Part shown: positions 55,557-64,000 of the stretch, piece by piece | How the letters are laid out: each line of letters begins with the position of its first letter | Numbering within the stretch: the stretch's first letter is position 1 | Source: Chrysomallon squamiferum | Lineage: Eukaryota > Animalia > Mollusca | Assembly: GCA_012295275.1 (NCBI GenBank) | Contig: CM022668.1 | Coordinates: 4,278,001 to 4,342,000 of the forward strand | Reading direction: 5' to 3' | Length of the DNA stretch: 64,000 bases | Notes under the pieces: generated by a model | Database searches by the model: none | The model's input: only the letters and a program-made list of their open reading frames with translations | Told to the model about the DNA's origin: nothing | Translations under genes and position numbers: made by a program

Positions 55557-56841
55557 ATGAAGTTTAAACTGACATTCAATGTCAACAAAATGTGCATAGA
55601 ATCTATAAATAAACCTGAAAAAGTACAACTTCTAAAATATGTGATGAAAGAACAATATCGCAAACAGCCACCGATTCAGGAAAAGAAGACTCATGTTTGG
55701 AGAGCAGGTTAAAAAAAAAAAAAAAAAAAAATCTTCTTAAATGACCAAAGAATCATAAAACTTAATTTAATTTGCGTTGTAACTTTATGTTGAAAACCAA
55801 AATAATATAGAAATATTCCTGTAATTACCTCAATGTTTCTGTAATTTATTCTTTGAATCAAAGATTTCCGTATTTTTACTTTTATTAGTCCTATGAATGA
55901 TTTCAACTTTCCTATTATTTATTTGTTCCTTCAACAATTTCATCATTACTAATAAACAAAATAATACCACAACAAAAAGGAAAATGACAGCATCTAATAC
56001 TCAGTCTAATTATTTTTTTTATCCAAATACTATATTATTAGCAAACATTTATCATCAGTAAAGTAATAAAAACGAATAATTTATAAATATGCATACAAAA
56101 TGTATTTACACTTTCTGTATGTGTTCATTTTGTGTGTGTGTGTGTGTGTGTGTCCAAAAAACTGATGTAGACCAGGATCCTGTAATGATAATGATAACAA
56201 AATTAATGCTAACAACAAATAACAATTTGATAGTAATAGTAATAAAAGCAATGACAATAATGAAAGTGTATATGTGTGTATATGTCCCTGTAATTTATAG
56301 TGTTTTATCTCATGATATTCATTCAATATTTAGATATTTGTTGAGAGATTTATTCACTTACATAATTAATTATGTGCCATTTTTTGTCCACCTTTCAGAA
56401 TATGTACGTATGTCATAACGAAAATCACATGTTCAAATATAACCTATTGAAAAAATATTAAAAAAATTTTTGAACAACGCACACACACACATCAATTATA
56501 TATACCTAGTTTTAAAATAAGTAACATTTTTCATTTCTAGTTACACTGAAAAATACTTTTGAGAAACTTCAATTCATCATCAGATACAAAGAAAATTTGT
56601 CGGACACTGACATGGTGGTGCTTGTATATAAACTGTCTTCATTTGATCACAAGAACTTTGACTGTTTTGTGTGTTGTATTTTATCACATGGAACTGAAGG
56701 TGCGATCTACGGATGTAACGGTTTGCCTCTACGGATCAGAGACTTGACTGCACCATTTAGACCTCAGTCGTGTTCAACATTGAATGGGAAATCAAAGTTG
56801 TTTTTTATACAGGCTTGTCAGGAGACAAACAAGACAATCAG
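55557..56841 (+). pseudogene. Caspase-8-like copy D pseudogene (DEDs and DD exon missing; frame disturbed after QACQ; no p10 exons)
   Basis: Exon 56541-56841 reads DCFVCCILSHGTEGAIYGCNG...KLFFIQACQ. The upstream sequence duplicates that of copy C. Confidence 0.8.
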
Positions 56842-56857
56842 GTATGTATGATAGGGA

Positions 56858-56893
<36 letters not shown>

Positions 56894-57744
56894 TTGAAGC
56901 TATTTAGGTTTATACATGTTACATTGTGTGGTCTAATTCTGTCAGGGATGAACAGTTTGCTGTGAGTTTGACATAAAATTAACTGACATTGTCCACGAAT
57001 TGCCAAATTTTAAGATTTGCTACAAATTTGACAAAATTATACTGACATTATCCACAAATGATAACATTTTTTATGTTTATTTGCTCTAAAATACTTCAAA
57101 TATAGTTACAAATATCTGTATGGGTTTGGGTATGATTACTTGTATCATTAAACAAAATTACTTAAATGTATGTTTCATGATTGTATAATGTATTATTATC
57201 AAGTCGCCTGTATATTATAATTAAATAATTAATGTGAACCTTAACTTGTGTTGTGTTTATTTCTGTAGTGGATAAAGAGACATACTGATTTATATAGATT
57301 TCTGCCAATTTAGCGTTTATATTCTTTGTTAGGTGGCCTATGAAGCACCTTGTTACCCTAGACTGAGCCTTAATAAAAATACAAGATTTATAAGGGTGTG
57401 AGCCCCGTAGCAAAATTACATTTTTCTAATAAATATAAATTTCTACAAATGCAAATGCTGAGGAACTTAAAAATCTGGAAACTGCCACATCTGCTTTTGA
57501 GAGTGAGAGAATCCAGATTAACATTATTATTATTACTATTACTACTACTACTACTACAAGCAGCAGTAATATCATATTAATTTATTTATTACTTTCAAAA
57601 TAATTTATAATATTGATCTAAATTACATATTTAAAATACTGAGTTTTTCTGATCTGTGTCTTTCATAGAAATACATTTGTATTCAGTTTCTACTAATATA
57701 ACCGATAAATCAGTCAAATTATATTACGTCGATATTTTTCTTTT

Positions 57745-58810
57745 TAATCGTAACCAATCCACGCACCTACAGTGGGTACGGGAACAACCATTTTAATGTA
57801 GCCATCATGCAACCTTGCTTTTAAGGTTTCACCATTTAACATGTCGAGATAGGTCGATGAACTGGTTTCTGACTGCTCTGCCTGATCAGTGACGTCGGGT
57901 ATCTCTGGCTCCACCTGTTTGTCAGATCGCTCGTCCTTTTCCGTGTGTATGTAACCCAGTGCTTGTTCAATCCGGCTCTCAGTTCATTCAGTGTGAGCTC
58001 TGTCGTAGAAGACTGTACTTGTCAATTGACTTCGGCATCTGCTTCATTACCCTTTCTCCTTTTTCCACGAGCAGCTTGTAGCATGTCAGTGATGTTTCCC
58101 GTAAGACAACCGATTTGTTCTTTGACCTCACTTAAATATCGCACGCAGGCAGACATATCTTCTTCATTATATTTGATCGTGTTCATCTCTGACACCATCA
58201 GATTCTCCAGAAACTGAAGCAACACCTGGGCTGTCGTATCCACCATCATCTTGATTTCCTTGGCATTGATGCTGATCTGATCTGCCACTGACCCGAGTTG
58301 CCAAATTTAATTTCTTATGTCCTGAAGTAGTAGCGCTGAATTCTGAGTCCTCTGTGGTTTGACCAGGACAACCAAGTGTATAGAACCCGTGGCAAGTGTA
58401 TCTGGTTCAAAGAGGAACATTCTTTATCCAGTGTATGCTTGGAACAGATAAGGTCACATGCTGCTGAGGACTGCTATTGTGATGACTACTCAGTGTTTTT
58501 CTATGGAAGAAAGCTGTACACTTCTTCTTGTTCGATGTGATCTCTGGAGTATGCAGGTAACTGGTGCTTTCTGAATTGATTTCACTGATTGTCTACTTGT
58601 TCCTATTATTATTGTGATTAGTAGAATGTTCAGATGCAGCTAAGCATGTAGTATATACAGTATATTTGATTAACTGTAATGAAAGCATAACACTTCCTGC
58701 ATTGCTCATTACTGAGGAAGATTTCTCTCCCATTAATAGCGGCACGATGCACGCCATGAAGCTTGCCAAATCTGGCCTGTGTCACACAATTCCTGTTAAA
58801 AACATTTACC
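57745..58810 (-). pseudogene. B-box/coiled-coil (TRIM-like) remnant, second copy with an internal deletion
   Basis: Duplicate of 49982-51345 lacking roughly 50700-50960. Cys cluster CRKCYAFITVNQIYC. Confidence 0.5.
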
Positions 58811-59054
58811 TCAGTTTTGTTCAAGTGAAGCTTTTCAAAAAATATTTTCTATGAATAGTTTTTCTATGATAATATTTATATATTGTTATCAACATCATAA
58901 CAATCTTACTGTCATCTTTATCATTTATTATGACAGTTTGTAGTCATTCAGTATATTTAATTACTTGGAAATTCCAGTTTTACTTAATTCATTTACTGTA
59001 AGGCTGTATTCTGAAGATTTAAAAGTGCAATTAAGTATTTACAGATGTGTCATC

Positions 59055-60015
59055 ATGGCTGACGAGGTGGACTTGGCTAGTCCACTGATGTTAGCTTCTA
59101 TAATGAGGAGCTGATGATGTTACTTTTAACTGGAAAGAGTTTTCAGACAAAATATGTTTGGAACAGTTTTGCTTCACAAAAGATGAAACACATCATCTGT
59201 GCAATTTGCTTAGAATGCCTGACCCAATTAATTGTGAAACAAGTTTTTGTCTGACTTTGTCTGGTTTTGAGGTGACTTGCATACCCACGTTGCTTTTGCG
59301 ATTTGAGATTCCTGTTTTTCGCAATCCACTTTGCAGCTGAGTTTGATCTTTAAACATGTTTCTAATTACATCTTTGACAACTTTGGACACAAACTTTCAT
59401 CAAGCATGGCTAAATCCTCAGCTACTTGCAGATATCATTGCAAATAAAGTTCCCCTCTGAAGAACTGGTGGGGATTCATCGATGGAACAGTTCATGAGAT
59501 GGAGTGACCATCAGTGGACCAAAGACATGCTTTTAGTGGCCACAAGAGAAAGCATGACACCAAATTTCGGTCAGTGATGGCACCCTGTGCACTTGTTGTC
59601 AAGTTGCTAGGGCCATATGCTGGAACTAGACAAGACAGAGGTAGACTTGCTGTCAGTGTTCTTCTTCCACTACTAGAAGCCAGGATGAATGATGTGAATG
59701 AATATCCACTTTCCCTATATGAAGGTACCTCCTGAGGGATTATCTATTGTGTCCCTTTGTATCAGTCCACATGAAAGGGCTTTCAGCAAAAAACTTGTCT
59801 ACTGTTTGACAATGTGTAGAATGGGGGCTTGGCAAAGTAGTGCAGCTGTTCTAGTTTGTGGGTTTTAGGAAGAACTTAAAACTGTTCCTGCAGCTGCATA
59901 CTGACAGATATTACTTTCTGGCCCATCTGTTCACAAACTGTCACACGTGTCTGTGTGGGTCACAGACATCATTCTTCTTTGGACTGAACCCACCAACACT
60001 TGAAGAATGTCTGTT
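59055..60015 (+). mobile_element. PIF/Harbinger-ISL2EU-type DDE nuclease remnant, second copy
   Basis: Duplicate of 51580-52530, reading GPYAGTRQD. Confidence 0.78.
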
Positions 60016-60638
60016 CTGTATTATTTTGTTTTAAAAGTTAAAAAAAACACCCCCGCCCCCACCAAAAACAAAACACCAAAAAATAAACTATGTGTTTGTA
60101 AATGATTGTATATGAAAGAAGATGTGTGTTTGGGAGTGAAAGTGTATGTAAATTGATTTATATTCCTTGTACATTGATAATGGATGATACATTAGAATTT
60201 ATGCTTGTCAGTTGCCAACATTCTAAACTAATGAGACGACAAGGATGTTTTCAATTAAGGAACAAACGATCAAGAAATTATAATCAGGTATCAGTGGGGT
60301 GCAGGCAATTTTTATGTCAGTTCATTTAAAAGTAATTCCAGGGGCCTGACCATTTTTTGGGTTTTTTTAACTACAAAAAAACGTACATCATTGCACACTG
60401 TTAAATAATCAACACTGATGTTAATGAATAGCAGCAGACATATAATTAAAGCAACAGTGATTCATTCTCATTCACATTAATGATCAGTTATTATTAGGAA
60501 TTTTAAAGATGGAAATAATAGGCAAAACAACTGCGTTTGCATCTAAGAAAAAGGAAAAAAAAGCAAGAGAAAAACATGGATTTTCTATATACATCTTTGT
60601 GATCTAAAAACAACTTGAAGCTCAAGGATTTTTAATTA

Positions 60639-61281
60639 CCGTATATACTTGTGTATAAGTCGAATTTTTGGGAGACTATTAATGTAATATTTTGGGGGTC
60701 GACTTATACATAGGTAACGCTTTTGTAGCTGTTGCTGAAGAGTCGCCATTTTGACTATTTTTTGCTACGGGATGCATCTAAAATAATCGCGGTCTTTCAG
60801 CTTTTCAAAAATATAATTTTATCGTATAAAAAAATTTGAAAAATTAAATAACAAAACCAAATATGAATGTAAAACATGATATTCTTCCGTTTAATGACAT
60901 AAAAATACATTTTAAAGCGAGAAAACCGTCAGTACGGCGTTATGCCTTACGGCGTCTTGCAATGATCTAGGAATGCAGACTTCTCTGCCAAATTGCACTA
61001 AATATCGGTCCTAATTTCATAAACAAAACTCAGGCTATAGCTGGTGTAATACATGCATTTACGTTATTATGGTATGTTCGTGCAAGTTACAGCTCGTGCA
61101 AGTTATGTTACAGTAGGCGTACAATGTAGGCCTTCATGGCACTGTCACACCGGTCTAAAAATAGTGACGGTGCCTGGAATCTACAGTCGACTTAAAAACA
61201 AGTAATACCTAAAATAACGCAATTTTTGGTCTTAAAATACACATCGACTTATAAGGTCGCCTTGTACACAAGTATATACGG
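60639..61281. mobile_element. Tc1/mariner-pogo (Tc2-like) MITE
   Basis: Perfect inverted ends ccgtatatacttgtgta / tacacaagtatatacgg, each flanked by TA. Internal gtcgactta-type repeats and no ORF. Confidence 0.8.
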
Positions 61282-62219
61282 TAGGTGTTAAGCATTACCT
61301 GTATTAAGAGACAAAAAAAAAAAAAATAATAATAATAATAATAATAATAACCTATTATAAAATCAAAAATTAGTTGAGGAAGAAGTAGTAGCTTTTTATA
61401 AAACATTGTATGCTAATCAAGACAATGATTTTACTAACAAAAATCTAGAGAAAATATTTACATACATGGTCAAACTTTATAGAAAAATGTAAAGTGACAT
61501 GGACAAGATAAGAACATTAAGTCTACCAAAGACAATAAAAGAATTTTAGTTTTAAAAGATGGGTTTGTTAAAACCAATTATTACTTATTAATTTTTAATT
61601 GTTAATTCTTTTTTTTCTTTTTTTTTTTCACACATTCTCGGAAAAAAATCGCAATTTAAATAGCACAAAAGAAAGTAAAAAATAAATAATAATAAAAATA
61701 ACTAGTCAAAACTAGAAAATTAAAAAAAAAAAAAAATCAAATAGTGGTATCTGTGATTACTACAAAATGTGAAGCTGTTTTTTATTCATTAAATATTTAC
61801 AAAAATAAACAAATAATATAAATAATCTTAACAAAATATACATGAAGAAAATATACTGGGGAGGGGAAAAAGGAAAAAAATGAAGAAAAAAAATGAAAAG
61901 TGTGTATTATTACTATTACTGTTATTATTATCAACATCCTTATCATTATCATTATTACCCTTATCATCATCATCTAATGTTCAATCGTCCTCGTAGAATG
62001 GATTAAAAAGAGAGAAGAAAGAAATAACAATTCGGTGATTTTATTATTACTATTATTTATTTATTACATTACAATACATCTATCTATCTGATGTAAGAGA
62101 AAGTAAATTGCGTTAATTTTATTTTTGTTTTGTTTCAGAATCAGACACCATTACACATCCTTAACAGCGGAAAGTACTGAATACATAAATTACCAACTAT
62201 GATTATTAGTAGTAACGTA

Positions 62220-63280
62220 TGTGAAAACGGTACAACAAATAAATGTTCGTAACGTTTGGGTAAGTATTTCAGTCTATAACTATATACACACCTAATTTTG
62301 ATCAATGTGATAGTGACATCATATTGAATCTGTATTTTCCTGGAAACTAAACACATGCTGTAGGAAAATCGCAAAGTACTGAGTCAGTAATTCGGGGAAA
62401 ACCTTTACTTTTATTTAGAATTTTTCCTAACTGGTTTGTCTAATCAGTAACCTACAACTGATGTGAGTCGCTAATAGAACAGACAACCATTATACCCACA
62501 CAAAAAACATACATTTTTATTTTTTGTTTTCATTAATGATCCGTATTCAGTACAAATAAACTCTTTAGCTAACATTACCATCACCAGTTAATCGCCACGA
62601 ACTGCGCATGCTTTCGCTAAGCTACGGTGCTGTTCGATTGTTGCAAACCGGTTTTTATTTCTCACAGTTTGAAACGTACATTTTCAAGAAAGCGTCATTC
62701 TCTATGTTTTCTGGTTTTAGCCCAGACAATCATCAGCAACCGGTTTTGGCTGCCAGGTATCTTGACATTACAAACGAACAGGGATTTAAGCAAGGGAAAA
62801 TCCCTTTTTGGAAAGTCGTGGAAGGGAATGTGCTGATCAAGTTATAAATATAATTCCACTGAAGGATAGAATATTTAAGCTTGTACTAGCTGTGGACTGG
62901 TAGGTAAAAGCGTAACGTAGTTTAAAAGAATCAATTATTGTCTAAAAACAACCAGTTATTGTCTTAAAACAACGTGTTAATGTTATTAACATTGTGACAG
63001 TGTTAGGTTTCGTTGATTTTAATGAGTCGGTCATGGAACAAATACGAAACGAAATGAAATCGTTATTTCAGACGTTTTTAAAACTTTAACTTAAACGTTA
63101 AACTATTTCAGCAGTCATTGAGTTTGAACTTAAGTTTTCTCTTTTGATTAATAATAAATAATATACGTACTTCATTAATAGTTACTTTTCCCAAAACATA
63201 TTTTTAAATATAATTAATTATTCATTACTGTTGCTTTTTATTGATCGGTTTTAACAAGTACCTTCCCATATCTGTAAGGA
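62220..63280 (+). repeat. Conserved caspase upstream block (also at 38600-39640 on + and 10550-11590 on -)
   Basis: Near-identical sequence containing kB-like GGGAAAATCCC / GGGATTTCCC sites. Confidence 0.85.
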
Positions 63281-63658
63281 ATATTTGATTATTGATGGTA
63301 ATAACAATAACAACAACAACAAAAAATAGTCCAGTACTCGATAAACAAAATTTAATCAGTAAACTACCAAGGTTTGGTATATCGTTGGATATAAATTGTA
63401 ATGAAAATTAATGACTGCTGTCTGTTTAGTACATATGCTGATATTGTCACATATTTACCCCAGTTACTGACCAGGAAACAAAAATATACTAAATGCTAAG
63501 ACTGATGTTTGCTTACAGAAGTGAAAACATATAATATATATTTTATGCATCACCCCCAGTTATTTAATTGTATGCTTAATTTAAACTCAAACTGTGTCTG
63601 TATATTTTCCTCCAAACAATAACTGTATACCCTGTGTTTAATAAATAAAAAAAACAAA

Positions 63659-64000
63659 ATGACTAACACTTTGCGAATGGATGCAGAGGACGAGGGAGGT
63701 GTTGATTTCAGATGTGTACTACTTGAAGTTGATGGTGACCTGCACAAGGAGGACATTGATTCACTGAAATTCTTGTGTCGCGAGTTTGCTCCATTGAGTC
63801 GACTGGAACATATAAAGAACGGAACTGAACTGTTCAGCCTTCTTGAGAAAACAGGCCAACTGAAAGAAACAAATAAGTGGCTTTTGGCCGAGATGTTAAA
63901 ACGTATTATGAGGTTAGATCTGGTGGAAACATTGCAGGTTGATGAGAAAGAACTGGATAGATATCTGTCCACGTATGGATCACATTTTTCACCATACAGA
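63659..64000 (+). CDS. CASP8: Caspase-8-like copy E, exon 1 (DED1; open to the window edge)
   Basis: ATG at 63659. MTNTLRMDAEDEGGVDFRCVLLEVDGDLHKEDIDSLKFLCREF...KRIMRLDLVETLQVDEKELDRYLSTYGSHFSPYR with no stops. Close paralog of 21420-21080. Confidence 0.9.
   Translation, partial: MTNTLRMDAEDEGGVDFRCVLLEVDGDLHKEDIDSLKFLCREFAPLSRLEHIKNGTELFSLLEKTGQLKETNKWLLAEMLKRIMRLDLVETLQVDEKELDRYLSTYGSHFSPYR

Larger units (their letters stand above)
53374..60619 (+). repeat. Direct duplicate of 44672-53173 across an assembly gap
   Basis: Both copies start aactaac..ttttagaaattcgctggc and end caacttgaa. The boundaries coincide with the contig ends. Confidence 0.9.

Noticed and set aside
63550-63972. 140-aa minus-strand ORF, and similarly 21008-21373, 20493-20825 and 17282-17596
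   Set aside because: These are antisense shadows of caspase exons.

Overview
AT-rich, intron-containing metazoan DNA, probably invertebrate; the gene families suggest a mollusc or other lophotrochozoan (inference). It has two 200-N assembly gaps. The window is a duplicated, partly decayed caspase-8-like gene cluster with five recognisable copies. Copy A is a complete 7-exon gene at 14476-21420 (-) with an unusual DED-DED-linker-putative Death Domain-caspase (SHG...QACQG) architecture, two in-frame stops and a damaged acceptor. Copy B has an intact 3' half at 27699-29307 (+). Copies C and D (~47-49 kb and ~55.5-57 kb) are pseudogenes, and copy E has an open DED exon running off the right edge from 63659. 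Four of the copies sit tail-to-tail with remnants of a B-box/coiled-coil/NHL (TRIM-NHL-like) gene. A conserved upstream block carries NF-kB/Rel-type sites in a 35-bp repeat whose copy number varies. Mobile DNA includes a degenerate Mutator/NOF-like transposase followed by a USP (C19) deubiquitinase domain, a Gypsy gag-protease remnant, Harbinger/ISL2EU-type DDE remnants, MITE-like elements and short retroposons with target-site duplications. Much of the rest is a mosaic of direct and inverted segmental duplications and microsatellites. All calls were made by eye from the sequence; no database searches were run.
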